Source: Sedimentisphaerales bacterium (GTDB lineage: Bacteria > Planctomycetota > Phycisphaerae > Sedimentisphaerales > SM23-30). Taken from it: a stretch of DNA of 64,000 nucleotides. Under the pieces are notes generated by a model. It saw nothing but the letters and a program-made list of their open reading frames with translations. It had not been told where the DNA came from and searched no databases. The stretch is taken from the NCBI GenBank assembly GCA_963663965.2, contig CAXXFK010000040.1, positions 1 through 64,000 on the forward strand, read 5' to 3'. This document shows, in pieces, positions 22,133 through 33,830 of this stretch. Every line of letters begins with the position of its first letter. Positions within the stretch are counted from its first letter, which is position 1. The position numbers were made by a program, and so were the translations under genes.

Positions 22133-22471
22133 ATTCAGATACGGTCTGTCATGAAAGCGCTTCGGACAGAAGAGTTTCTGTTGCGTAACCGCAAATAAAT
22201 ATACCATTAACGATTGATAATGCCCGCGTGGCCGTGAAATAAGTCTTTTATGAGTAAAATCTTAGCTTACCAGCGATCAGATATTTCCTTACCCGATGGG
22301 TATATTCGACAAAAAATCCAACCTCCTGTCAGGCATTCCTGTTCAGGATGATTGCTCAATATTATTTAATTTGGAGGATAGACATGGCAAACACAAAATG
22401 AATCATCGTTATTGATGTGGGAAGCGAGTATGAGCACAAACCGAGGTATTCAATTTGGAAAGGATTGACAA

Positions 22472-24601
22472 ATGAGACGAATGAAAATGTTTGTATGGCT
22501 GAGCTTAATGGCGTGCGTATGGGGATCGGCAGATGCCGCATTGGTCCATCGGTACGACTTTCTAAACGACCCCAATGACCAGATAGGTAATGCCGACCTG
22601 ACGCTTGTCGGATTCGGAACCCGAGTTATAAACGGCGCCCTGGATCTGCCGGGCAGTGGCACGCGAACCCATCACGCCACGGCGTTGGGACCGGCGTTAA
22701 CCGAAATTGCCGGGACGATTAATGGGTCCGATACCATCACAATGGAAGCCTGGTTTAACCTGGGTACCACCGCCAACTGGCGAAAACTCATGATGGTCGG
22801 CGATGATACCGGCGCCGGATCGGGCTTTCATTACATGGATATGACCCCTCGGCGCGGCCGCGATGGCTATGGCGTGAGTTGTTCGATTGATGATGGTGTT
22901 GACGAAGCCTATTCAACGGTTGGAGAGGGACACGAACTGATCCCCGGAATCGATTATTACATGGTGACCATCTGGAATGAAACCGACGATACCCTGACCG
23001 TAGCCTATGCCCCGGCGGGTGATCCTTCGAACCTGGTTGTCAGTATTGCCGGTATGGGCGGCAAAGACCTGGCGAACGTTACCATCGATCAGTTTTATCT
23101 GGGATCTGCCGTGGGATTTTCCGACGAGGATCTGCATGGTAGGGTTAAAGAATTCCGGATTTATAATAACGCCCTGAGTATCGGAACGATTATGGGCGAT
23201 GTGGCCGCCGGCCCAGACACGGCCTCCGTAGTGCTGGTCTCGCCAGAAGCCGGCGCAGTCGATGTGCTTATCGATGATGATCTGGCCTGGAACGCCCCGG
23301 CCTTTACCAGCTTACCGCTGATCAACTATGATGTTTACCTGGGTATAGACGCGGATGCCGTCGCCGATGCCACCAGGACCAGTGCCGAATTCCTGACGAC
23401 TGTGGATGCCGCAACAGAATCATATGATCCTGGCACTCTTGCCAAAGACACCCGGTATTTCTGGCGGATTGATCAGATCGTTGACGATGGATCATCCGAA
23501 CCCAATGCGGTTAAAGGGGCTGTCTGGAGTTTCGAAACCGAGAAAGCGAAACCGGTCATTACCAATCCGGCAGATACCTATGCCAAAATCACCGAAAATG
23601 GTAGTTTCTCACTGGACATCACCTCGGTCAGTACGGTGAACTCGGTGGTATGGTATAAGGTGAATGACAGTAGTGACATCGAGCTGTCCCCCGGCACGAA
23701 ATATATCATCACATTTGATGATACCGCCGCGGCTCTGACGATTACTGACGTTCAAGATGATGATGCCGGCGATTACTATTGTGTCGTAACCAACGCCGCC
23801 GGCCCTACCACTTCAGCAAGCGCCTTATTGAGTATCGCCCGGCGGGTAGCCTGGTATGAGTTTGAAACAGTCTTAACAGAAGAAGATCCTAATGTGCCGG
23901 ATAGCTCTGGTTTTGGTAACACCGGTACCGCGTCCGGCGTTGCGGCTCAAACAACCGGGATAATCGGCAATGCGCTTGAATTTGACGGTACCAGCTGGAT
24001 CGATGTGCCGCGTTCGATTCAGGATGATTTCACGATCGCTTTCTGGATGAAGACCACACAGACCACTACCGGAGATCGTTGGTATAAAGGAGCGGGACTC
24101 GTCAGTGGTGAAATGCCGGGCACCGTGAATGATTTCGGCGTCGCGTTGCATACACCCAGCAATCCGGTTGCGGCAGTTCGCAATTACGGCAACGAACTGG
24201 TCGCCCTGACGAGTGTCAATGACGACGCCTGGCATTATGTCGTTATGACACGTGAAAAAGCCACAGGTGTTTTCAAGCTGTATCTTGACGGCGCTGACCA
24301 GGGTTCCAGTTCCGACACCACCGCGTCACTGACAGTACCCGATCGACTGACGATCGCCGCCCATCCGGGAGGGAGTAATCCTTTTGTCGGCACGCTGGAC
24401 GATGTCTCCTTCTATAATTTCGTGATGACACATCAGGAAATTATTGATCACTATTTCGGCATCACCGGGAAAGGGGTCTGCCTGGGTGCGGTTACGTATG
24501 ATCTGAATGATGACTGCCGGGTGAACCTGATCGACTTTGCCCTGCTGGCCGGCTCATGGCTGGAGTGCAATCTCTCACCCCAAATCGTTTGCGGCCAGTA
24601 A
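22472..24601 (+). CDS. Secreted LamG-like jellyroll protein with Ig domain and dockerin-like tail
   Basis: ALVHRYDF, YFWRIDQ..GAVWSFET, DAGDYYCVVTN, FTIAFWMKT, WHYVVMT, DLNDDCRVNLIDF. Confidence 0.85.
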   Translation: MRRMKMFVWLSLMACVWGSADAALVHRYDFLNDPNDQIGNADLTLVGFGTRVINGALDLPGSGTRTHHATALGPALTEIAGTINGSDTITMEAWFNLGTTANWRKLMMVGDDTGAGSGFHYMDMTPRRGRDGYGVSCSIDDGVDEAYSTVGEGHELIPGIDYYMVTIWNETDDTLTVAYAPAGDPSNLVVSIAGMGGKDLANVTIDQFYLGSAVGFSDEDLHGRVKEFRIYNNALSIGTIMGDVAAGPDTASVVLVSPEAGAVDVLIDDDLAWNAPAFTSLPLINYDVYLGIDADAVADATRTSAEFLTTVDAATESYDPGTLAKDTRYFWRIDQIVDDGSSEPNAVKGAVWSFETEKAKPVITNPADTYAKITENGSFSLDITSVSTVNSVVWYKVNDSSDIELSPGTKYIITFDDTAAALTITDVQDDDAGDYYCVVTNAAGPTTSASALLSIARRVAWYEFETVLTEEDPNVPDSSGFGNTGTASGVAAQTTGIIGNALEFDGTSWIDVPRSIQDDFTIAFWMKTTQTTTGDRWYKGAGLVSGEMPGTVNDFGVALHTPSNPVAAVRNYGNELVALTSVNDDAWHYVVMTREKATGVFKLYLDGADQGSSSDTTASLTVPDRLTIAAHPGGSNPFVGTLDDVSFYNFVMTHQEIIDHYFGITGKGVCLGAVTYDLNDDCRVNLIDFALLAGSWLECNLSPQIVCGQ

Positions 24602-24632
24602 ACTGGACTTTGAATTAACACTTGATCGTGCC

Positions 24633-24665
24633 AGGGACTGTCCCGAATCCGATGGGGCAGTCCCT
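24633..24665 (+). terminator. Stem-loop after the LamG gene (likely intrinsic terminator)
   Basis: AGGGACTGTCCC-N9-GGGGCAGTCCCT followed by TCTT. Confidence 0.55.
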
Positions 24666-24694
24666 TCTTGCATAGATTTTGAGAGGATAAATAT

Positions 24695-25798
24695 ATGAAA
24701 ATGGGATTTTTATCCAAATGGATAGCGGTGATATCGCTGATTATCATTTCGAACATGATGGGTGTATATGGCCAGATAGAACATTCGCCCACTGTCTCCA
24801 ATAATGACCTCCCGACAAAAATAACAGACACACCATTTCCGATGCCCGGAGAGCAGGATTCCTCAAAACCAAATCCTACAGATAACGAAACACACCCACC
24901 GGATTACTGGCGGATCAGCCCTCCGGTGTTTACCGCCGGTCCGGCCCATACGTTTGACGAAACCGCCGTCAAAGATCCCAGTATCGTCTATTATAAAAAC
25001 CAATGGCATCTGTTTTATACCGCCCGCGGCCAGGAAAAATATCAGATAAGCTATGCCGCCGCCCCCACCCTGGCAAAACTGAATAGCGCGCCTCGCACCC
25101 TGTTATCGCAATTGCGCGGCAACAGCGATAGTTATGCTGCGGCGCCGCAGGTGTTCTACTTCACACCTCAAAACACCTGGTACCTGATTTATCAGACCAG
25201 AGACTCCAATTATCAACCGGTCTATTCAACCACTCAAACCATCGAAAACCCGGCCTCGTGGGCAACTCCTAAACCATTGGTCTCTAAGAAAGATACCGGC
25301 AAATGGATTGATTTCTGGGTGATTTGCGATAACACGACGGCTTATTTATTTTATACCCGCAACCAGAATGATGTTTACATTCAAACCACTTCACTGGAAA
25401 AATTCCCCGACGGTTTCGGCAACCCGAAAAAAGAGTATTCCAATCTCGAAGAAGCCGTGCATGTCTATAAGGCAAAAAGTAAAAATGAATACCATATGAT
25501 CTATGAACTGAATGTAAATCAGGAACGGAGTTTTGGCCTGGCGACGGCATCCAGCCTTGCCGGCCCCTGGAAAAAAGTTACCGATCAATACGCGACCGGT
25601 TCACAATTGCGCTATCCCCCCGATACCGATATCTGGACCGAAATGGTCTCTCACGGTGAAGCGCTGCGCAGCGGCTATGATCAGCGACTCGAATACGATG
25701 ATCGACATCCCCGCTGGCTGATTCAGGGATTGTTCAAAAACCAGAATACCGGCAACTACGCCGAACGGCCCTGGAAACTGGGTATAATAGAGAAATAA
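24695..25798 (+). CDS. GH62-like alpha-L-arabinofuranosidase
   Basis: VKDPSIVYY..WHLFYT, AAPQVFYFTPQNTWYLIYQ, WIDFWVICD, EAVHVYK, VSHGEALRSGYDQRL. Confidence 0.85.
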   Translation: MKMGFLSKWIAVISLIIISNMMGVYGQIEHSPTVSNNDLPTKITDTPFPMPGEQDSSKPNPTDNETHPPDYWRISPPVFTAGPAHTFDETAVKDPSIVYYKNQWHLFYTARGQEKYQISYAAAPTLAKLNSAPRTLLSQLRGNSDSYAAAPQVFYFTPQNTWYLIYQTRDSNYQPVYSTTQTIENPASWATPKPLVSKKDTGKWIDFWVICDNTTAYLFYTRNQNDVYIQTTSLEKFPDGFGNPKKEYSNLEEAVHVYKAKSKNEYHMIYELNVNQERSFGLATASSLAGPWKKVTDQYATGSQLRYPPDTDIWTEMVSHGEALRSGYDQRLEYDDRHPRWLIQGLFKNQNTGNYAERPWKLGIIEK

Positions 25799-26081
25799 GA
25801 CCCCAATGAACCAACACCTGCAGCCAGAGCGAATCTCCCCACGGGGTTCCGAATATTAGAAAAACAATAACAGGAAATACTCTGTGGGGAAATTTTTATT
25901 ATCAATGTAAATGCCTCATCATGTATGTTTCATTATTCTACATTGTGGTATCAGAACCTCGATTAAAAACTTCCATGACCTGACAAATTCCTGCAAAGCT
26001 TGACTCCAACATGGCCATCTCCATCAAGGTCCGCGCCGCCTAAGTCACCACAATACACGTTTTAACAGTAAGCCAATTATA

Positions 26082-26157
26082 CGCTGGGCCGTGATATAAG
26101 CTCTACACGAGTAAAAACTTATCTTGCGACCGATCTGGAGTTTTCATACCCATGGGG
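26082..26157. repeat. ~76-bp intergenic repeat, copy 2
   Basis: Matches 19446-19521 with scattered substitutions. Confidence 0.85.
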
Positions 26158-26431
26158 GATAGATGGCAAAATCTTCCATTTTAATCTTGTCATTCTGGTC
26201 CAGATCGCCTGAGGAGGGGTTGATAGCAATATCCAGGAAACGCATAAAACCCTTGCTTAATTTTAATTGATGGGCCCTTATCAAACATGTTTTGGATATA
26301 TGCATGCTCATTATTTTATCTCATTTTCTGGTGGATTCCTCCTTCCATTCATTCTACAATTTAATGCATGCTCGGTCGTTAGTAGTAGGTGATCGTCATC
26401 GAACTTTTATTTGACATACTTGGAGGTCAGC

Positions 26432-27307
26432 ATGAAGCATACTCTCATAATTCTTTATTTAGTCACAAGTTGCATACTCTGTTCCGCCGCCTGCCCTCCG
26501 GCAGACTTGACCGGCGATTGTGATGTTAATCTGGAAGATTTGGCCGTATTGGCTTCCTATTGGTTATGCACCGGCATTAGTGAACCAGAAATCGTTTGGG
26601 TCTCTATTCAAGATCCGGGTGTCTCCGGGCACGAACCTTTTCTTGGCAAAATGTGCAAATATGAAATAACCAATGACCAATATTGTCAATTTCTCAACCT
26701 GGCGCTTTCGTCCGGCGATATAGCCGTCAGCGGTGAATATGTCAATGGAGCGAAAGGGCAAAACCCGGGCTACGATTTTTTGGGCTATCGGTATTACGCC
26801 CTGAACGGTCCGGGTATTGATTTTAATGGAGCCGTGAATGGCGGCGCGGCGCGAATCCACTGGAACGGCAGTTCCTTTACCGTTGATCAGGGCTTTGAAA
26901 GCCATCCGGTTAATCAGGTTACCTGGTACGGCGCCACGGCCTTTTGTAACTATTTCGGCTATCGCTTACCCACTGAGTGGGAATGGCAAGCCGTGGCAGA
27001 TTATCACGGGACCTTCATTTATGGCTGTGGCGTCACCATCAATAACAGCATGGCCAACTATCTCGATTCCAGTCATCCGGATGGCACCACCCCGGTTGGG
27101 ACGTACGGGGCGTACGGCCACGGAATCTGCGACCTGGCCGGTAATGTCTGGGAATGGACTTCGTCGGTCTATAATTCCAATTACCGTGTGCTGTGCGGCG
27201 GTTTCTGGAGCACCAAGGCGGACACCTGCGAAGTCAGCCACCGTCATCAGGCCTTCCCACTCGGGCAAGGCAATTATATCGGCTTTCGGGTTGTTCGGGC
27301 AGAATAA
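26432..27307 (+). CDS. Formylglycine-generating enzyme (SUMF1) family protein with N-terminal dockerin-like domain
   Basis: RBS GGAGG; ADLTGDCDVNLEDL; KYEITNDQY, HPVNQVTW, RLPTEWEW, DLAGNVWEW, IGFRVV. Confidence 0.88.
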   Translation: MKHTLIILYLVTSCILCSAACPPADLTGDCDVNLEDLAVLASYWLCTGISEPEIVWVSIQDPGVSGHEPFLGKMCKYEITNDQYCQFLNLALSSGDIAVSGEYVNGAKGQNPGYDFLGYRYYALNGPGIDFNGAVNGGAARIHWNGSSFTVDQGFESHPVNQVTWYGATAFCNYFGYRLPTEWEWQAVADYHGTFIYGCGVTINNSMANYLDSSHPDGTTPVGTYGAYGHGICDLAGNVWEWTSSVYNSNYRVLCGGFWSTKADTCEVSHRHQAFPLGQGNYIGFRVVRAE

Positions 27308-27497
27308 AGGGATTTCCTGCCAATAATATTCTCCAAAACTCAATGCCTGATTGTTAATTACGCTCATCCTGACTGGATTCTATAATTTTGTTCTGGCACG
27401 AAGAACACAATCACTTTAGTATGTTTATAGCAGACAAAGTTAAAATCATAAAGTTTTCATAACAATATATTCCGGATACATCTTAAGAGTTAAAAAA

Positions 27498-28112
27498 ATG
27501 GGGTTATTAAAAAAGCTATTCGGTCCCAGCAAAAATGAAATCTGGCAAAAGCTCAGCCATGAAGTGGGCGGTACTTTTAAAGATGGCGGATTCTGGCATG
27601 GTAGCAAGGTTGAAATTAAGACCGGGGAATGGACAATGACCCTGGATACCTATACCGTCTCCTCGGACGATTCGAGCACGACTTATACCCGAATTCGCGC
27701 TCCTTATGTCAATAAGGATGGATCCCGGTTCACTATCTATCGTAAAGGGTTCTTCAGCAGCCTGGGGAAATTCTTCGGCATGCAGGATGTGGAAGTCGGC
27801 TATCCATCTTTCGATGAAGACTTTATCATCAAAGGAACGGATGAGGATCAACTGTGCAAACTATTTGCCAATGATCGTATTCGCGAATTGATTTCCGCCC
27901 AACCGGACATTCATCTGGAAGTGAAGGATGATGAAGGATTCTTTGGCGTCGACTTCCCCAGTGGGGTGGATGAACTGTATTTTGAAACGGTCGGCACGCT
28001 AAAAGATATCGAACAGCTCAAGCAGCTATTCAACCTGTTTGCCGAAGCGCTGAATCATCTGTGCCGGATCGGTTCCGCTTATGAAAACGATCCTGGGGTG
28101 GAATTGAAATAG
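27498..28112 (+). CDS. Conserved hypothetical protein (DUF3137-like)
   Basis: Clean 204-aa ORF; YTRIRAPYVNKDG, GMQDVEVGYPSFDEDFIIKG. Confidence 0.6.
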   Translation: MGLLKKLFGPSKNEIWQKLSHEVGGTFKDGGFWHGSKVEIKTGEWTMTLDTYTVSSDDSSTTYTRIRAPYVNKDGSRFTIYRKGFFSSLGKFFGMQDVEVGYPSFDEDFIIKGTDEDQLCKLFANDRIRELISAQPDIHLEVKDDEGFFGVDFPSGVDELYFETVGTLKDIEQLKQLFNLFAEALNHLCRIGSAYENDPGVELK

Positions 28113-28162
28113 CCGGGCGCCTTGAAAATGCCTGGGATACCTGACAAAGTTTACCTGGAGAT

Positions 28163-29429
28163 ATGGCCATGAGACACATTATTCAATCCTTATTGTTTAT
28201 CAGCTTTCTGTCCACGACACTTGTTTTCGGGCAACAGAGAACCGAATCTCCCGTCGAATTCCATAAGATATCAGACCGCCTGTACGAAATCACAGGAGGT
28301 CGAGGCAGCAATGGCGGCGCTTATATGGGCGATAATGGGGTTCTGCTGATCGACACAAAAATGGATCAGGCGTCCGAAGAACAGGTGCTGGAAGAATTGC
28401 GAAAGATGACTGACAGGCCGGTTCGCTATCTGGTGAATACCCACAGTGACCGGGATCATATCAATGGCAATCGATATCTCCCGCCAACTGTAACTTTTAT
28501 CGCCCATGAAAACTGCCGAAAAGAATTTTTTATCCCCGGCCAGAACGGAACCCCATCCGAATGGGAACAGCCCGAGCTGCTGTCTTTTACCCCATCTGTG
28601 ACTTTCAATGATCAAATGGAAATTCACCTCGGCGCTCAGACAGTCCAACTCTGGTATTTTGGCATCGGACACACCACCGGAGATATTGTCGTTTATTTCC
28701 CCGAAGAAAAGACCGCTTTTATCGGAGACCAGATCTTCCTGACACGCCCTCAACTGATCCATTCCTATAAAGGGGGCAGTTCTCTGGAGCAGGTCAAAAC
28801 CCTGACCAGGATGCTGGCGACCATCGACGCGGTAAAATTCTGTAGCGGCCATAGTGAAATCACCGATCGGGCGGGGATAGAAAACCATATTGCCCTGATG
28901 AAACAAAAACAGCAGACCGTAATGGATATGATTGACCAAAACAAAGATCTGGAACAGATCAAAGCCGCGTTTGAGGCGAACGAAAACCGTCTGGTCGAGA
29001 GCATTTACCATGAAATAAACCAACAGAAAGAATCGACCCATGCCCGCTCTGAACCGGTATCATACCAGATCTGTCCCCATTGGCAGGGTGGAAAAGAAAG
29101 ACAACAAGACCTATATCATCCTGGACCGGAAATATGAAGCCGGTCTCAAAGGGTTGGAAAAGCAGTCTTATGTTCATGTGGTCTATTGGTTCGACAAAAA
29201 CGACACGCCTGAAAAAAGAGCCATTTTACAGGTTCACCCCAGGGGGAATCGAAACAATCCCCTGACCGGCGTCTTCGCCACGCACGCTCCGGTTCGCCCC
29301 AACCTGATTGCCATCAGCAAATGCGACATTGTATCGATTAAAGATCATGTAATAGAAGTAAAAGATATCGATGCCTTTGATGGCACTCCGGTACTGGATC
29401 TCAAGGGTGATTTTTTCGGCTTCCAGTAA
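28163..29429 (+). CDS. Secreted MBL-fold metallo-hydrolase, probably fused (across a +1 frameshift at ~29075) to a TrmO/TsaA (YaeB)-like domain
   Basis: NTHSDRDHINGN, GHTTGD, FIGD, SGHS; downstream PIGRV, HVVYWFD, GVFATHAPVRPNLI, IDAFDGTPVLDLK. Confidence 0.75.
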
Positions 29430-29566
29430 GTCAAATTGAATTCATTGCCCAGGATATCGCTGGTTATTCAAGTTGTAGATACCTGGGAGGAAATCTGCCT
29501 GAAAATGGACTGAAATATTTCCCGCAGTATCTCGTTAGTTATAGAGACTAAATCAACGGAGATACC

Positions 29567-31446
29567 ATGAAAGATAATATCAGCCATAAACACCTTGTAT
29601 GTATATTCTTACTGATAACAGCGCTATTAATCACCACACCCTGTCACGCGTTAAGCATTGTGGCCGGCCCCTACCTGCAGAATCCCACCGAAACCTCGAT
29701 GACCATCATGTGGATTACCGACCAGAAGTGCACCTGTTGGGTGGAGTATGGCCAGGATGGCAATGCCAACCTGAAAGCCATTCACAGCCAACACGGCCTG
29801 ATCGATGCCGATCAGACCATCCATCGCATCACCCTTGCTGGCCTGACTCCCGGCCAGACCTATACCTATCGGGTCTGCTCCAAAGAAATACAGAAATTCG
29901 AACCGTACAAGGTAACTTATGGCGAGACGGTTACCGGCGATTATCATTCGTTCCAAACCCTGGCTAAGGACTTGTCCGGCGTTTCTTTTCTGGTTATGAA
30001 TGATATTCATCAACGAGATGAGTTATTTGGCCCTCTGATTAATCTGGCCGCCGCGTTACCGTATGACCTGGTATTTCTCAATGGCGATATCCTGGGCCAC
30101 CTTGAAGATGAACCGCAAATCATCGATCACATTCTTAAACCTTGTAGCGATCTCTTTGCCGGCGAGACCCCGTTTATCTATGTCCGCGGCAACCACGAAA
30201 CCCGGGGCAAATTCGCCCGTATGATGCCCAACTATCTGGCAACGCCGCAGGACCGCTATTATTACGCGTTCGATCATGGTCCCGTCCATTTTATCGTGCT
30301 GGACGGCGGCGAGGATAAGGAAGACAGCCATTGGGCCTACAGCGGCCTGGTTGATTTTGACCAATACCGGCAGGAACAAAAAGTCTGGCTGGAAAAGGAA
30401 ATTCAAACCCAGGCCTGCAAAAATGCCGCCTATCGGATTGTACTGGTCCATATGCCGCCGATGCCCTCGGAAAAATGGCATGGCCAGAATGACATCTACC
30501 AAAAATGGAACCCCCTGCTTAATACCGGCAAAATCGATCTGATGATATCCGGGCATCTGCATAACTACCAGATCGTCGAGCCGGAACAAGGCGTCCGGGA
30601 CTACCCGATCATTATCGGCGGCGGCCCGAAAGATGGCGCCGCCACGGTGATCCGGGTGGACGCCACCCGGGGACAACCTCAAGGTCGTCATGACTCGCGA
30701 TGATGGCAAGATCGTTGGCGAATATCAGGCAAATAACCAGAAATATCAGGCAACCAATCCTGAATGGACCCGTTTATTCAATGGCCACGACCTGGCTGGC
30801 TGGGAAGTCAAATGCCTGGCGCCGGATCGCGACAAGCCATTCTGGCAGGTTAAAAACGGGGCCATCGAATGCAACTCCCTCGGCCGGCCCCGGCACAATT
30901 ATGTCTGGCTCATGACCGAAAAAGAATTTTCCAACTTCCATCTTCGCCTGAAATTTCAGGCCTTCCAATCCTCCCGGGGGCAACAGCGGCCTGCAATTCA
31001 GGAGCCGCTACGATGGAATCCGATTCCGCTCCCAACGGCGGATGGCTCAACGGCCCCCAGGTTGATATCCATCCCCCCGCCCCCCTTCCGAACCGGCCTG
31101 ATCTACGACGAGACCATGGGAGTCCGGCGCTGGATCTATCCATCCTTGAAAGATTCCGCCATCATTCCGGAAAATGCCCCGCCGGCCGCGCAACACACCG
31201 AATTAAAATTCGCTGACAAAAATCCCGATGCCTGGAATACCCTGGAACTGATCTGCCAGGGCATGACAGTCAAAACCAGCGTTCAACGGCAAACCGGTTG
31301 CCGACTTCAATGCCGCCGGATTACTGGATGACCCCAATCACCAGAACCACCAGGTCGGCGCCCAGGGCAAATTCGCCCTGCAACTCCATACGGGAGATGA
31401 ACTCTTTATTCGTTTCAAAGACATAGAGATCTCTGAAATTCAATAA
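29567..31446 (+). CDS. Purple acid phosphatase-like metallophosphoesterase fused to a DUF1080 (3-keto-disaccharide hydrolase-like) domain; several frameshifts
   Basis: GPYLQNP, NDIH, FLNGD, RGNHE, ISGHLH; LFNGHDLAGW, NFHLRLKFQ, GPQVDI, WNTLELIC and terminal ALQLHTGDELFIRFKDIEISEIQ*. Confidence 0.75.
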
Positions 31447-31483
31447 ATCCAAAAAACAATTTTTCTAGATCATATCTTAAAAC

Positions 31484-32709
31484 TACTGCTTTGTAAAGTC
31501 TAAATATTCGGATATAGTGATCTCAATTTACACCTGGCATCTTCCACTTTAAATTGCCAGTTAACGGCCTCGTTGCTTTTCGTTGGAGTGGGTGGCCCAT
31601 GCTTTCGTCTCTTTTTTCAGCCTATCCATGTCGGTCATTTTTTCGATCCTTCAGACATTGCCGGGTCATCGCACTCAGTTCATTTTCGGCCACATTGAGC
31701 CAACTGCCATGCTTGGGCGTGTAATGAAATTCAATTTTTTCCACATACCGGCGCGCCTGCTCCGGAGGAAAAACCTCGTAAAAAGCTCCCTTGGTATGCG
31801 TATTCAAATTGTCGCACACCAGAAGCACTCGTTTCGCTTGGGCATAGCGGCCCTCCAGCAACTCTGCCATTTCAACGGCCCAGTCAGCTTTTTTCCGTTG
31901 TGGACGAGCACTCACCCCACGCCAGCCGGATTTCGGTTCTGTGAACATGAATAGGCTGGCGGTTCCGGCACGTTCGTATTCATAGTCCACTCGACGAGGA
32001 TGATGTAAGGTCGCGGCCATCGGAGTGCGAGTTTCCTTGAGCAATTGCACCGGCTGTTCATCCATGCAGAGCGCCGGAAAATCCGGGTCATACGGCAGGG
32101 AATAGACATTCAGGACATCTTCCATGCACGCGACAAATTCACTGTTTTGCGCCGGCGGTATCACCCAGTACTGTATCTTTCGGTTCGTTATTTCATTTTT
32201 TTAAGCGTCGTGGCAACGGTGGTGTGACTGATGGATTCTACGATTCCCAATTCCACCGCTTTGTCGGCGATCAAACGCAACGACCAGTTACTGTAACCTT
32301 CCGGCGGATCGCTCAGCCTCAGGGCAATGATCTTTGCCTCCTGCTCACCATCCAGCAGCTTGGCGCGAGGCGGCGTGTCACGCTGCTTACCGTTCAATGT
32401 GATGTCAAACCCTCTTTCTACCAGCGATTTACGAACTTTTGTTACGGTCCTGAGGCGACACAAGAAAGCTTCGGCGATTTGATTGCATGACCAGTTGGGG
32501 CCGTCCCGCATCCGCCTTAAGCAAGATTTGTGCCCGTTTGACTTTTTGCGATTGTACCCTTGAGTTTCGTAACGACTTCAAGCAGTTCTTTCCGCTCTGC
32601 GTCAGTGAGACGAACGGTGTACTTTTTCATAACAAACTCCTTAAAACATAGCTTATGGAGTTGTTATCGGATGCAATATTTGCGAATAATTAATTTTTAC
32701 GGAGCACTA
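31484..32709 (-). mobile_element. IS630-family insertion sequence
   Basis: Imperfect ~29-bp terminal inverted repeats (TACTGCTTTGTAAAGTCTAAATATTCG versus TAGTGCTCCGTAAAAATTAATTATTCG) with TA at both ends. Confidence 0.88.
31500..32630 (-). CDS. IS630 transposase (two ORFs joined at an A7 run near 32196-32202, plus additional indels)
   Basis: MKKYTVRLT, WSLRLIA, LKK|NEI, CMDEQPVQL, DYEYERAG, VCDNLNTH, YTPKHGSWLNVAENE, NWQFKVEDARCKLRSLYP. Confidence 0.9.
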
Positions 32710-32744
32710 CCCATATTCTGGCTTCTCCCACGACCATCTTTCCT

Positions 32745-33036
32745 CCCCACTTCCAAACAGCATCTCCCATGCGCTGGGCTGTCGCCGTGAGTAATTGGGG
32801 AGGATTTTCATCCTGCCCTACAAACAAAAATAATCCTATAATAGTTTATAGCACAAGAGTTTAAAAGATAACGGCGGCCAGAATTGAACCGGCGATCTGG
32901 GGCTGTGAATCCCTGGTATGGCAAATGAGTATTAGAACTTCTTCAACAGTCAGGTAAGTGCGTATTGTTTGCCGGATTTTATCAATTCCACAGAAATTGA
33001 CACACATCCTACTCACTCCCCAATCAAAACCAGAAA
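32745..33036. repeat. att-like repeat unit (most degenerate copy) containing a tRNA(CAT)-like 3'-half remnant at 32869-32911 on the minus strand
   Basis: CACAAGAGTTTAAAA-GATAACGGCGGCCAGAATTGAACCGGCGATCTGGGGCTGTGAAT-CCCTGG..TTTTATCAATTCCACAGAAAT..CCCCAATCAAAACCAGAA; aligns with 49154-49465. Confidence 0.8.
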
Positions 33037-33830
33037 CGAGTCTACCCGATATTTGCCAGGAAAAGAGTGCATGCCAAAATACTCGCTTGCTGATCCATCA
33101 AATTATTCTATTCTGGAGAAAAGGCGCTTTCCGGGTGAAAAAGATAACGTAGACTGGCGCATAGCCAGGTAAGTTCAAGATAGTACCTGAGCGCCCTGGG
33201 ATCATGAAGTAAACATCGTTGCAAAATGGAGAAAAATTTCGTTCTTCCAGATCCTCATCATGCAGACGAAGAATCATTTCTCCCCAACCAGATATATTTC
33301 GATTCTTCAAAGTCAGAGTAACTATCTGGCGCATCAGAATTGTCCTGAGGTCTTTGGGAAGTGACATATTCATACCAGATATCATGACATGATTTATTGG
33401 ATTGCGTGCTTCCCTCGCTGATTTTATCAAGTCGTTCTTCCATATCCTTTTCCTGCCAGGAGACCACTTTAGATAACAGGCATATCGAGAATATGCCGGA
33501 TTATAAAAATCGTATTAAAAATATCGCATAAAAACGGCGGATAAGTTTAAAATTAAGGGATATATCTGCCCTGGCCATCGATGTTCTTAATTCCAGGCAG
33601 ACCCAAATCTTATAAAATTCCGTTTCCCTCCGGGCAATTTCAACTATCCTGTCTACTCTAAAATTTCTTTGGCTGGTGTCATTTTAGAATTATCCACCCT
33701 CTTATTATCAGCGCTCTCGGAAATCCCATGCTTTCTTTTATCCCACGATTTTCTTTAGTATTTCCAAAGTCTTCTACCTAGAAATGCCGTCTTTTCATCT
33801 TAAGAGTTCTGTTCAGTTTTGATAAGATAT

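Noticed and set aside
25990..26040. Dockerin-like fragment (minus strand GGADLDGDGHVG)
   Set aside because: Too short and without an ORF; at most a gene remnant
33098..33800. Short minus-strand ORFs next to the att-like repeat
   Set aside because: Stop-ridden with no recognisable family; possibly a decayed gene but unsupported
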